64,000 nucleotides of DNA from positions 128,001 through 192,000 of the forward strand of contig JBFRWN010000017.1 of assembly GCA_051439605.1 (NCBI GenBank), read 5' to 3'. Below are positions 1 to 10,090 of this stretch, in pieces. Position 1 is the first letter of the stretch, and each line of letters opens with the position of its first letter. The stretch comes from Synechococcus sp. GTDB lineage: Bacteria > Cyanobacteriota > Cyanobacteriia > Thermostichales > PCC-7336. The position numbers and the translations under genes are program-made. The notes below the pieces were generated by a model. That model had not been told where the DNA came from. It did no database searches and was given only the letters and a program-made list of their open reading frames with translations.

Positions 1-723
1 ATTGAGGCAGTCGGTAATAAATTCTATCGCTTTCTGCTTTACCCATCCCTTCGCTACTGCAGCCTCGGCAAAAGAGAAGCCAGAAGTCTGCTTGTCTTGA
101 TTGAGCTCCATGACTTGACCTTGTGTTAGCAAGCCAGCTTGTTGTAAATAGTCACAGATCGAGAGGCCCCGTGGTCGCGATCGCATTCGTGGTAGGACTA
201 TCTGTAAAAATCGAATTGTTTCTGCTTTAATCCAGCCTTTCTCCACCAAAATCATGGTCATTGTTCGCTGATACCGGCAGGTCATTGTCTCCATGCGAGC
301 AATCTCAAGCTGACAATCAGAAATTAAATCCATGGCCTTCAGCTTCTCTTCTAGAGAGAGTTCGAGCGGATCTTTGTTCTGCGTACCTTCAGAGGGGGTG
401 ACAGGGGCTGGAACTGGGAGGGTTGACTGAGTGGAGGGATTGGGTTGTTGAACGGATGCCGCTGTTTTTAAGTGAGCGAGTCTTTGTTGGTTTTGCCAGC
501 GTTGTTGCTGCCGTTCTCGATAGCCAGCATTCCACTTAGCGATGGTTGCAGCAGCTTTTTCAGGGGTGAAGCCATTGACTTTCATCAAAGCTGATTGCGC
601 TTCATACTGTCTTAGTTTTCTAGGAACACCAACACGTCCTAGGTAATATCGGTGAATCTCTTGTATTTCCCGTTGAATTTGTTGTTGGTTAGGCTGATGT
701 TTCCGAATTGGGAAGAGTCTCAT
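1..723 (-). CDS. Hypothetical protein (3' end runs off window) with two degenerate MshEN-like repeats
   Basis: Hand translation: ATG at 723 is open to position 1 (241 codons), MRLFPIRKHQPNQQQ...LEKKLKAMDLISDCQLEIARMET...ILVEKGWIKAETIRFL...ICDYLQQAGLLTQGQV...AAVAKGWVKQKAIEFI; absent from the ORF track because no stop lies in the window. Confidence 0.7.
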   Translation of the reverse strand, partial: MRLFPIRKHQPNQQQIQREIQEIHRYYLGRVGVPRKLRQYEAQSALMKVNGFTPEKAAATIAKWNAGYRERQQQRWQNQQRLAHLKTAASVQQPNPSTQSTLPVPAPVTPSEGTQNKDPLELSLEEKLKAMDLISDCQLEIARMETMTCRYQRTMTMILVEKGWIKAETIRFLQIVLPRMRSRPRGLSICDYLQQAGLLTQGQVMELNQDKQTSGFSFAEAAVAKGWVKQKAIEFITDCLN

Positions 724-1026
724 GGCATCAACTAGTAAGAGGGAACAAACTAACTTGAGCAATAACAGGCCGAAGCAATGTGTAGAGTCAGGGATGCTAG
801 TTCCCAGGCTCCTGCAAAGCTATGGAATGAAAGCAGTTCAATCCAGATGGATGGGTGTAAGAACTGGAAAACTCAAAATATTTATCTTATGTAAAGTCAA
901 ACTACAGCTGCATGAAGTTTGTGTAAAGTATGAAATCTTGGATTGATGTATGGAGATCCGAGAATTTTAAGTGTTTTTACTGATAGGGCTGAGCTGGCTG
1001 TCATCAAAGCATTGCTGCGAAGAAAA

Positions 1027-1051
1027 TGTGCCGAGTTAAGAACTCGGCACA
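1027..1051 (-). terminator. Intrinsic terminator of serA
   Basis: Hairpin TGTGCCGAGTT-AAG-AACTCGGCACA followed by TTTTCT on the minus strand. Confidence 0.7.
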
Positions 1052-1077
1052 CATACATATTGTTGTATTAAAAAGGA

Positions 1078-2658
1078 CTAAAGCGTGATGGTATAGGCAT
1101 CGCGAATGCCTGCTTCCTTGCGGATTTCTGCAATCAAGCCCTCGGGCAAAGGATCGTCGAGGCTAAGAATCATAACTGCATCACCACGAACGATTTTCCG
1201 ACCCAGGTGCATACTGGCGATGTTGACGTTGTAGGAACCCAACAGGGAACCAATTTTCCCGATCATGCCAGGCATATCTCGGTGCAACGTCATCAGCATG
1301 TTGTCGGTAGGTGGAACGTTGATGGGGTATTCGTCAATGCTGGTAATGCGCATCTCGGATTCAGCCAGCAAGGTACCCATAATAGAGCGCTTACCATTAC
1401 TGCCGTGGGCAGTGAGATGCAAAGATGCTGTATAGTCGCGAGCAGCGGCATCGCGGGTTTCAACGACGCGAATCCCTCGCTCCTTGGCTTCAATAGATGC
1501 ATTGACGTAGTTGACACGCTCGCGCAATGCTTGAGATAACAACCCTTTCAGCGAACCAACAATAATGGGTTGGGAATCTTTTTCGGCGAGCTCACCCTGT
1601 AGGCGAACATCCAATTGAGTAATGCGATCGCCCGCCAGCTGGGCCACCATATTTCCTAGCTTTTCTGCCATTGCCAGGTAAGGCTGCAGTTCTTGCAAGG
1701 CTTCTGGCATCAAGCCGGGGATATTGACGGCAGAGCGAGCAGGCAAACCTAGCAGTACATCGCGGATTTGTTCGGCGACATCGATAGCAACATTGGCTTG
1801 TGCCTCTTCGGTCGATGCCCCCAAGTGCGGAGTTAGCACTACCTCTTGACCCAGCGTCCAGAGGGGTGATTCTGCCATGGGCTCGCTTTCAAATACGTCT
1901 AAAGCCGCACCTGCAATGTGTCCGGACTTGAGCGCTTCATATAAATCTTGTTCGTTAATCAGACCACCTCGAGCACAGTTAACGATACGGGCCGTAGGCT
2001 TCATTTTTTTGAAGGTTTCGGCATTGAATAGATTGACAGTTTCGGGGGTTTTGGGGATATGGAGGGTGATATAGTCTGATTCTTGAATCAAGGTTTCGAA
2101 ATCGACCAGGCGCGCCCCCAGCTTCTGAGCTCTCTCATCGGACAGATAGGGATCGAAGGCCAGGATTTTCATTCCCATTGCTCTGGCCACTTGAGCAACG
2201 TGGGAACCAATTTTGCCCAAGCCAACAACGCCCAAATTTTTCTTATAAACCTCGACCCCTAAGAACTTCTTGCGCTCCCACTTGCCACTTTGTAACGAGG
2301 CGTTGGCTTGAGGTGTATGGCGAGACAGGCTGAGCATTAACGCCAAAGCATGTTCGGCTGCTGCAATGGTGTTGCCTTCAGGGGAGTTGACGACAACGAC
2401 CCCTGCGCGGGTGGCAGCAGGGATATCGACATTATCAACACCGACACCAGCTCTACCCACAATCTTGAGGTTCGTACCTGCTTCGATCACGTCTTTCGTG
2501 ACTTGAGTGCCCGACCGAATCATGATGGCGTCGTAGTCGGGAATAGCAGCCACTAGCTCGTCGGGGCTGAGCTTGAGCTTGACATCCACCTGAGCAACTT
2601 GCGACAGGATTTCAATACCTGCGGGGTCAATGGAGTCGGTGACTATAACTTTCGGCAT
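1078..2658 (-). CDS. serA: D-3-phosphoglycerate dehydrogenase
   Basis: GRAGVGVDNVD, GLGKIG Rossmann motif, NCARGG, TPHLGAST, C-terminal ACT domain. Confidence 0.97.
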   Translation of the reverse strand: MPKVIVTDSIDPAGIEILSQVAQVDVKLKLSPDELVAAIPDYDAIMIRSGTQVTKDVIEAGTNLKIVGRAGVGVDNVDIPAATRAGVVVVNSPEGNTIAAAEHALALMLSLSRHTPQANASLQSGKWERKKFLGVEVYKKNLGVVGLGKIGSHVAQVARAMGMKILAFDPYLSDERAQKLGARLVDFETLIQESDYITLHIPKTPETVNLFNAETFKKMKPTARIVNCARGGLINEQDLYEALKSGHIAGAALDVFESEPMAESPLWTLGQEVVLTPHLGASTEEAQANVAIDVAEQIRDVLLGLPARSAVNIPGLMPEALQELQPYLAMAEKLGNMVAQLAGDRITQLDVRLQGELAEKDSQPIIVGSLKGLLSQALRERVNYVNASIEAKERGIRVVETRDAAARDYTASLHLTAHGSNGKRSIMGTLLAESEMRITSIDEYPINVPPTDNMLMTLHRDMPGMIGKIGSLLGSYNVNIASMHLGRKIVRGDAVMILSLDDPLPEGLIAEIRKEAGIRDAYTITL

Positions 2659-3033
2659 TCTGCTATCTCAAACCTTTGAAATCGTGAAACGGAGGCAGCC
2701 AACTGAGGTTGGGCAGCAGACTGATACTGGCGATCGCGTGGCTTCCGCGCAATGGCCCTGAACTTCTGGTACCAACCGGCAACATAATTTATCACGCAAT
2801 CTGCCTACTACCTCTGAGAATTTAGCCTTTACTTTGCTCCCCGTCTATCTGGTGCAGTTCAGCCCACGGATTGCTGGGGATTGCTTGTTCACTTCTGGGT
2901 AAGAGATGGCTCCCGCAATCCTCAGCACCTTGGCGATCGCTCCATTGCCGATTGCACGGGTACCTTTTTCGGAACTGGTACGTCTCTCAGGCTTTCCAAC
3001 AACTCAATTGAATAACGTCCTCCACCCTACTGG

Positions 3034-3978
3034 TTATTGAGGAGAAATAATCAAATCCACGCGTCGATTTCGCTGTCTACCTTCCTCCGTTTTATTATCA
3101 GCTACCGGAGCCGCCTCGCCATATCCAGCCGTTGTCCAGCGATATCCCTGCCCTTCTTCGGGCAATACCCCCTTCAAAAAGTCTTGTACCGAGGTCGCTC
3201 TTTTCACTGAGAGCACCAGGTTGTATTCCGAATCACCCACGTCATCGGTGTGTCCTGCCACCTGTACATGTGCAAATGGCATTGACTCTAGGATTTCTGC
3301 CACCTGTTCCAACATGCTGGCTGCTTCTGGACGGATGTCAGACTGATTGAAATCAAACAGGACGTCCCCTGGAAGACTGATGGTTTGGGTTCCTAGGCTG
3401 AGTTGTGGGGGAGGCGATCCTTCGAAAAAGAGATTGGGCTCGGGGGTAGGAAATGGGGTCGAGCTTACAACAGGTGGCGGTGGAGAACTCTGCGGTTCAG
3501 TGGGACCTATACCAGGGCTGGATTTCAGTTGTGCCTCTAACTGTTCTAGACGAGTTAGCAGTTGAATCAGTTGGCTGCGAATTTCGCGGATTTCATCTTC
3601 TGGATTGCTGCTGGAAGGGGGTTGAGGGGCACTAGATGCGGGTGTTATGGGTTTAGGAACGACCGGAGACATGGTTGGCGTCGGCGTGGAACGATTGACT
3701 GGACGGTTGGGTGCCGTGCTGGTGGAGTCTGTATTGGCCGAGTCTGCGTCGAAGTCATTCCTGGCTCCATCGGCAGATGTGCTGTCAGATGTTCTAGTTC
3801 CGTTTGGTTCCGACACTGGATCGGGGGAAGCTTGCGCCAACCCATTCTGGGGCAAACCGGTGTGGGAAACAGATGCTGGTGGGGGAAAGGATGATGCTGG
3901 CAGATACCCAGTTAATCCAACTCCTATGCCAGCAATTAAGCCCACAGCTAATAATGCAGATTTTTTCCGCTGCATCAA
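3034..3978 (-). CDS. Exported OmpA/MotB-family peptidoglycan-binding protein with Pro/Ser-rich linker
   Basis: Signal-like N-terminus; LPGDVLFDF, GHTDDVG..YNLVLSVKRA, GRQRNRRVD motifs. Confidence 0.85.
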   Translation of the reverse strand: MMQRKKSALLAVGLIAGIGVGLTGYLPASSFPPPASVSHTGLPQNGLAQASPDPVSEPNGTRTSDSTSADGARNDFDADSANTDSTSTAPNRPVNRSTPTPTMSPVVPKPITPASSAPQPPSSSNPEDEIREIRSQLIQLLTRLEQLEAQLKSSPGIGPTEPQSSPPPPVVSSTPFPTPEPNLFFEGSPPPQLSLGTQTISLPGDVLFDFNQSDIRPEAASMLEQVAEILESMPFAHVQVAGHTDDVGDSEYNLVLSVKRATSVQDFLKGVLPEEGQGYRWTTAGYGEAAPVADNKTEEGRQRNRRVDLIISPQ

Positions 3979-4056
3979 AATGCTATCCCCTACGACTGAC
4001 CCTCAACTCGCACCCATACTAGCTAGCGGTGCCCACAAAAAAAGAGAAGATCTGGC

Positions 4057-4851
4057 TTAAAAGAGTTCGGTGGTGCGCATTGCCGTCAGTTTGCTGACAG
4101 AGGTTAAAACAATATCGGCCCCCCGATCGCCCATCATGGCCACGTGTTCTGCCTGTCTGGCAGGTTCTTTCCACAGATGGGGGGGGACGACACCGACAGC
4201 TTTCCATCGGCGCTCGAGTTGCTGTTGTTTAGCAGCGGCCAGCGCTTGCATATCGCTGGAGGTATCTCCACAGTAGACAATTCCAGCCAAGTTCAGGCCC
4301 GCCCGCTGCTCGAGCTGCTCTACCACCCGAAACAACCCAGTTGGATCGGGCTTTTCCGGTCCATCCTCCATGGCGTACAGGATAGGGTCTTGTAACTGCA
4401 GCCGTCGGGTAAGGATGTAATGGGCGGACCCTCGCGTAGCTCCGCTAAAAAAGCCCCAGTGGATACCCGCGGCGGTTAATTCCTCGAAGTATCTGGGGGA
4501 AACGAGTAGAGGTTCGTCGTTAATGTAGCCATCCCAGGCATCGGGATTATCCCCCCGTCCGCGGTAGCGACTTTGAAAAAACGCCACCATTTCTTCAAAG
4601 TTGAGCGGGAGAGAGGCGCGATCGCCCTTTGCTTTCTCCCATGTCCGCGCAATGAACTCCCGCGATCCTTCCCAATCGTTATTCCACACTCCTTCCCGTT
4701 TCAATTCGTCAATTTCGAAGTTCGATGGCCGCCAAGGATTTGACAGCAAGCGCCCAGTATATTCCTCTACAGTGTCAGCGAGGGCCCGTCGATAGGAATT
4801 GCCGACATCGCGAATGACGCCATCAATATCGAAGACAACTGCATAGCTCAT
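4057..4851 (-). CDS. HAD-superfamily hydrolase (TIGR01548-like)
   Basis: FDIDGV motif I, KPDP and GDT motifs. Confidence 0.85.
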   Translation of the reverse strand: MSYAVVFDIDGVIRDVGNSYRRALADTVEEYTGRLLSNPWRPSNFEIDELKREGVWNNDWEGSREFIARTWEKAKGDRASLPLNFEEMVAFFQSRYRGRGDNPDAWDGYINDEPLLVSPRYFEELTAAGIHWGFFSGATRGSAHYILTRRLQLQDPILYAMEDGPEKPDPTGLFRVVEQLEQRAGLNLAGIVYCGDTSSDMQALAAAKQQQLERRWKAVGVVPPHLWKEPARQAEHVAMMGDRGADIVLTSVSKLTAMRTTELF

Positions 4852-4900
4852 AGTGCTGCGGTAACCTCTATTAACCAGGGTACGAGAAATTTATAGGGAC

Positions 4901-4928
4901 AAAAAAGCTCCCCCTATTTGAGGGGAGC
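4901..4928 (-). terminator. Intrinsic terminator of tkt
   Basis: GCTCCCC...GGGGAGC stem with A6 run on plus strand (U-tract on minus). Confidence 0.7.
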
Positions 4929-4982
4929 GATCGAATCTACTCACTTAAAGGCTTGTCAAGTCACAGGCAGCTAAGCTTGCGA

Positions 4983-6977
4983 CTAAACCAGCAGACCGCG
5001 GGCGGTATTGCAGATGTTTTCGACGGTAAAGCCGAACTTCTCCATGCAGACAGGGCCGGGGGCTGAAGCACCAAAACGATCCATACCGATAACCGCACCT
5101 TCGGTACCAGCGTACTTGTACCAGCCGCCAGTTACACCCGCTTCGATAGTGACACGCTTGGTAACAGAGGGAGGCAGGATGGAATCGCGGTATTCCTTGG
5201 GCTGAGCGTCGAAAACGTCGCAGGAGGGCATGGACACCACTCGCACTGCCTTGCCTTCGCTACCCAGGACTCCAGCCGCCTCAACTGCGAGGGCCACTTC
5301 GGAACCAGTGGCAATCAGAATCAGTTCGGGGTTTGCAGCATCCACAACGGTGTAGCCACCCTTCTGGGTGCCTTCCACAGAGGTACCTTCCAGGTTCTTC
5401 AGACCCTGGCGGGAGAAGGCGAACAAAGAAGGAGTTTTGGTTTGCTTAATCGCAGACTTGTAAGCACCAACAGTTTCTTTTACGTCAGCAGGACGGAAGC
5501 AGTGCAGGTTGGGAATTAAACGTAAAGACGCTATCGTCTCAACGGGCTGGTGGGTAGGACCGTCTTCACCCAAAGCCACAGAATCGTGAGTCATGACGTA
5601 AAGAACGCGGACTTCAGACAAAGCAGAGAGGCGAATGGCCGCACGCATGTAGTCGGTGAAAATCAAAAAGGTAGCGCAGTAGGGGAGCAGTCCGCCGTGC
5701 AGGACCATACCGTTGACCACGGCACCCATGCCGTGCTCGCGCACGCCAAAGTGAAAGTTACGACCTTCATAGGAACCGGGCTCGAAGTAGGGCTCGTTCT
5801 TGATCTCAGTCATGTTGGAGTGATTCAGGTCAGCGGACCCCCCCACCAATTCAGGCAATGCTGGAGACAGAGCGTTGAGGGCAAATCCGGATAGTTTACG
5901 GGTGGAGTTTTCCTGGTCCAGGATGGTCTCTAACGCTTCTTCCCAACCGTCGGGCAACTCGCCAGACAGCATGCGCTTGTACTCGGCAGCCTCAGCAGGA
6001 TAAGCCTTTTCGTAGGCGGCAAAGCGCTCGTTCCAGTCCGCTTCCAGTTTGGTGCCATCGTCCACAGCGGTGCGGAAGTGAGCCAAAACATCTTCAGGGA
6101 TGTGGAATGAGGGTTCGGTGGGGAATCCGAGAGCTTCCTTGGTCAGGGCAATCTCGTCTGCACCAAGGGGGGCGCCGTGTACGCCGCAGGTGCCGGACAT
6201 GTTGGGGGAGCCGTAACCAATGGTGGTGGTAATGACGATAAAGGAGGGCTTATCAGTCACAGACTTGGCTTCAGCGATCGCCTTTTCAATGGCGTCAAGG
6301 TCGGTGTCGCCATCTTCAACGTAGGTGACGTGCCAGCCGTAAGCTTCGTAGCGCTTGCCCACATCCTCGGTGAAGGCAATATCGGTACTGCCCTCAATGG
6401 AGATGCTGTTGCTGTCGTACAGCACGATTAGCTTGCCGAGGCCCAAGTGACCGGCCATGGAAGCGGCTTCACCAGAGACACCTTCCATGTTGCATCCGTC
6501 GCCCGCAATCACGTAGGTGTAGTGGTCGACAATGTTGTGGCCAGGCTTGTTGAAGCGAGCCGCCAGATGAGCTTCGGCGATCGCCAAACCAACGCCATTA
6601 CCTACGCCCTGACCCAAGGGACCTGTCGTCACTTCTACGCCGGGGGTTTCAAAATTTTCGGGGTGACCAGGGGTCTTACTGCCCCACTGGCGGAAGTTCT
6701 TAAGGTCATCCAGAGAGACATCGTAGCCGGTTAGGTGCAGCAGGGCGTACTGCAGCATGCAACCATGACCTGCAGACAGAACAAAGCGATCGCGGTTGGA
6801 CCAGTCAGGGTTCTTGGGGTTGAACCTCATGAATTTCTTGTGGAGCACGTAGGCCATGGGAGCCGCACCCATGGGCAGACCGGGGTGCCCCGAGTTAGCT
6901 TTTTGAACGGCATCAACCGCCAAAAAACGAATGGAATTAACTGCAAGTTCTTGCAGGGATTGTGTAGCTACTGTCAT
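4983..6977 (-). CDS. tkt: Transketolase
   Basis: [43 protein letters not shown]. Confidence 0.98.
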   Translation of the reverse strand: MTVATQSLQELAVNSIRFLAVDAVQKANSGHPGLPMGAAPMAYVLHKKFMRFNPKNPDWSNRDRFVLSAGHGCMLQYALLHLTGYDVSLDDLKNFRQWGSKTPGHPENFETPGVEVTTGPLGQGVGNGVGLAIAEAHLAARFNKPGHNIVDHYTYVIAGDGCNMEGVSGEAASMAGHLGLGKLIVLYDSNSISIEGSTDIAFTEDVGKRYEAYGWHVTYVEDGDTDLDAIEKAIAEAKSVTDKPSFIVITTTIGYGSPNMSGTCGVHGAPLGADEIALTKEALGFPTEPSFHIPEDVLAHFRTAVDDGTKLEADWNERFAAYEKAYPAEAAEYKRMLSGELPDGWEEALETILDQENSTRKLSGFALNALSPALPELVGGSADLNHSNMTEIKNEPYFEPGSYEGRNFHFGVREHGMGAVVNGMVLHGGLLPYCATFLIFTDYMRAAIRLSALSEVRVLYVMTHDSVALGEDGPTHQPVETIASLRLIPNLHCFRPADVKETVGAYKSAIKQTKTPSLFAFSRQGLKNLEGTSVEGTQKGGYTVVDAANPELILIATGSEVALAVEAAGVLGSEGKAVRVVSMPSCDVFDAQPKEYRDSILPPSVTKRVTIEAGVTGGWYKYAGTEGAVIGMDRFGASAPGPVCMEKFGFTVENICNTARGLLV

Positions 6978-7779
6978 GAGCGATCTCTCAGTCCGTAATT
7001 AACAGTCTGTTATGGAGGGGGGTGCGACCTCAGGTGTGCGTCTGAAGGTACAGCGGGCGAGGGATTTGCTCCGGTGAGGAGCAGGGGTCGGTAGGGAAGA
7101 TTATCCGCCAGGGAATTTTCCCAGAGTTGAGATATGTCAATGGAGGCAAAGCTCTCGGGAACTATCTCACGAAGCTATCTTGCGGGTGCAGATAGATGCC
7201 ATTTGCCTAATGAACAAACAGCTACAGTGTACGGTGAATCATCGTTTAGTCACTGACGTTTTTTGATTTAGCTCCATCCTGCCGCTCGGCTTGCAGAGCT
7301 GTTCGACCTGCTTTAGTGGAGGACTCAAGATTTTTCGAATCTAAATCCCATGATTCTCTATATCGAGAACCCTGCCTAATTAGGGCAGTTGCGGGAGGAG
7401 CCAGCAGAAGTATTTTTTCCTACCTTCAGCGAATTGTTAGCGCTGTACTCGAGGTTACCGATCTGCATATTTTCGTAAACGCCTCTGCATTTTCACATTT
7501 ACTTTGGCTTTGAGGCAAGGCAGCGGGAGTATTTTTACCTAGTTCCCAGGCTAGATTTCAGTGCAAGTGCATCGATCTCATGTATTTCTGTAGTGACAAA
7601 CAGTTCAGGTGAGGATGTTTTTCAAGACTTTTTGCCGGTAGAGAGTCAAGGATGGCGACCATGAGGCTATCTCAGCTGTCCAGCCCCCTTACTAGGCATG
7701 GTTCTGTCTTTTCTAACTGAGACAGAGCAAAAGCTATAAGCTATTAGGCTAGCGATCGCACAATTGTGTGAGGGTATCT

Positions 7780-8670
7780 ATGGTGCATTCAGTGCGTAAA
7801 GCAATTATCCCCACGGCTGGTCGGGGAACCCGGCTGAGACCGGTCACTGAAGCCGTACCGAAAGAAATGCTGCCGATTGGGGCGGTGCCGATGGTGCATC
7901 GGGCGATCGCTGAATTAGTCCGAGGCAAAGTGGACCAGATTGCGATCGTGGTCAACTCAAGCAAGCTTGTAATTCGAGAGTACCTGCAGGCACATCTGCA
8001 GCACTTAGACTGTCAGATTCACTATCTGGTGCAGGATCATCCTCGGGGGGTGGCAGACGCCATCCTACTGGCGGATGACTTTCTGGCAGATGAACCCTTT
8101 GTGTTTTTTATGCCTGATGAGGTGTGTTTGTGTCCGATGTCTCCTATTGCCTTGTTGGGGACAAACTACGACCGATATCAACAGGCGTTGTTGGCGTTGA
8201 CCTGGATTCCCCCCGAATGGGTGAAATTTTTTCAGGGGACGGGGAGAATCGCTACCGAACCACTGGCTCGGGACACATTGTTTATGTCAGAGGGTTTGGA
8301 GAAATCAGATGGATTTGAGAAGGAGGGCATGCAGCAACCTGGATTGGCGGGGGATGTATTTCGGATTACGCAACTCAAGGATAAGACTCAAGATTGCTTT
8401 TCAACCTCCGATCGAGGCCAATTGAAAGGTGTGGGCATTGGGATTTTGGATGGGGAATTTTTAGAGCTGGCTCGACAGCACCAGCAGCACTTTGACGGGG
8501 AGGGGGAGTTTGATGATGTACCGATTTGGCAGGAACTCGTTCAGCGCGATCGCCTGTTGGGGGTGATGACAAATGGGGCGATCGTGGATGCAGGCAATCC
8601 GCTGGGATTTGGACTAGCGAATCGCTACTGGCTCGAAACTGCAAGGCATTTCGAGCATCCATACTCTTAA
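7780..8670 (+). CDS. Sugar-phosphate nucleotidyltransferase, GalU-like
   Basis: KAIIPTAGRGTRLRP..PKEMLP, Q..PRGVADAI, DAGNPLG; ATG at 7780 preferred over the GTG at 7768. Confidence 0.75.
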   Translation: MVHSVRKAIIPTAGRGTRLRPVTEAVPKEMLPIGAVPMVHRAIAELVRGKVDQIAIVVNSSKLVIREYLQAHLQHLDCQIHYLVQDHPRGVADAILLADDFLADEPFVFFMPDEVCLCPMSPIALLGTNYDRYQQALLALTWIPPEWVKFFQGTGRIATEPLARDTLFMSEGLEKSDGFEKEGMQQPGLAGDVFRITQLKDKTQDCFSTSDRGQLKGVGIGILDGEFLELARQHQQHFDGEGEFDDVPIWQELVQRDRLLGVMTNGAIVDAGNPLGFGLANRYWLETARHFEHPYS

Positions 8671-8753
8671 TTCAGGCAGAAGAGGTCTTTTCCTGCTCGG
8701 TTTAGGGCGATCGTTCTGGTGCCAGATGAACGGAGGAAAGTCCTTGACCGGAG

Positions 8754-9179
8754 CTAGAGAGCGGCCTCATTCTCCACCACCGCATCCACCTCAATCTCAA
8801 TCGTCATGTCTGGGTTAACTAGCCCCTGAATCTCGACCATTGTTGATGCTGGCGGACAATCGCCAAATATTGCGTTGTGCCCGCGGGCATAATCCTCCCA
8901 CCTTTGCATATCCGTCACAAACATGCGCGTACGCACAACATTGTTCCGATCCGCCCCAAATTGACCAAGAGTCTGCTCGATAATCTCCAGACAGCGTTTG
9001 GTTTGGGCAAAGGCATCATGGGGCGCAAAGGTCCCACCGCCTTCAGTTGCGGGTGCAGTTCCTGACACGTAAATGTGATTTCCTGCCTTTACGGCCCGGC
9101 AGTAGCCCACTTGCACTTCCCAAGTTGTTCCGCTCGAATATCTTTCCACGCCTGCACCGCAATCGTTTGGTAAACCCAA
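8754..9179 (-). CDS. RidA/YjgF-family protein
   Basis: WE..VGYCRAV, VSGTA, VVRTRMFV, PASTMVEI, IEIEVDA. Confidence 0.88.
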   Translation of the reverse strand: MGLPNDCGAGVERYSSGTTWEVQVGYCRAVKAGNHIYVSGTAPATEGGGTFAPHDAFAQTKRCLEIIEQTLGQFGADRNNVVRTRMFVTDMQRWEDYARGHNAIFGDCPPASTMVEIQGLVNPDMTIEIEVDAVVENEAAL

Positions 9180-9293
9180 CCTACCTTCACACCTCCCAAA
9201 ATGGTGGTGTCCAAGCTGGAAAAGTTATGGAAGAAATGGCTGCTATCCTACAACCCCTCTTAACGTTTTGACAGGCCCTATTCCAGTAGCATT

Positions 9294-9446
9294 ATGACCC
9301 CGGTTCTTTTTTTAGCCCCTGTAGCCATCGGTATCGTATTGATGAAATTTGTGAGCCCTCAAGTCGGGTTGCTGACTTGCGCGGCCCTCCTGGTTGCAGC
9401 GTCCATCTACGCACTAGCCAGTTTTAAGGGGGAATTACCTAGCTAA
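9294..9446 (+). CDS. Putative 50-aa two-helix membrane microprotein
   Basis: Hand translation MTPVLFLAPVAIGIVLMKFVSPQVGLLTCAALLVAASIYALASFKGELPS; TTGACA about 25 nt upstream. Confidence 0.5.
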   Translation: MTPVLFLAPVAIGIVLMKFVSPQVGLLTCAALLVAASIYALASFKGELPS

Positions 9447-9591
9447 GATGGGCATTTCCTGAGATGCGAATGAAAGAACCTTCTCAATACTCTTCATCCC
9501 CTTAACTCTCTTAACAAGCCTTCTCTCAGAGCAGTTTCGTTAACTCGGAAGTGTCAGGAAAACACGTTCCGAAACAACGGAGGTTACTCTG

Positions 9592-9813
9592 ATGAAACTG
9601 AAAAAAATTGCCTTAGCTGCGACACTCCTACTGTCCACCGTTGGAACTTTGACTGTTGATGCTCACCGTGTTGAAGCAACTCCTCGTATCTTATTGGTGT
9701 TAGCAAAGCTAGAAGCACGTGGCACTAGTTCTGAAAATGGTGCGGTGCGACCCGAGGTGGATGAGGCGCTAAAATTGGATACCTGCCCCAATCGGGCAAC
9801 TTTTTGCTCCTAG
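9592..9813 (+). CDS. Small secreted hypothetical protein
   Basis: GGAGG RBS; MKLKKIALAATLLLS..VDA signal peptide; C-terminal Cys pair. Confidence 0.6.
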   Translation: MKLKKIALAATLLLSTVGTLTVDAHRVEATPRILLVLAKLEARGTSSENGAVRPEVDEALKLDTCPNRATFCS

Positions 9814-10090
9814 CAAATGATGACTTCCTGTAGCAGTCCTAAAAGCACGCTCATCCCCTTGCTATCTGCTTGAAACCTAAATTATCCCCCTTAGGTATTC
9901 TGTTACCGTTCGTTCCCTAGCCTTATAGCTTCTCCCTTAGAACTAAAGTTAGGGATTGTTGTGGTCAGCGACCGATCCATGCAAAGAAGTCAGAGCAGAC
10001 AGCGTAGCCGATTAGGCAAGAATATCGATATCCATCTGGAGCATTTTGCCTAAACAATAGGAATAATCGTGATTTAGATTACTTTTCACC

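Noticed and set aside
2660..3030. Possible riboswitch in the serA leader (CTCTCAGG resembles part of a glycine aptamer)
   Set aside because: The motif is on the wrong strand for serA and the other conserved aptamer elements are absent.
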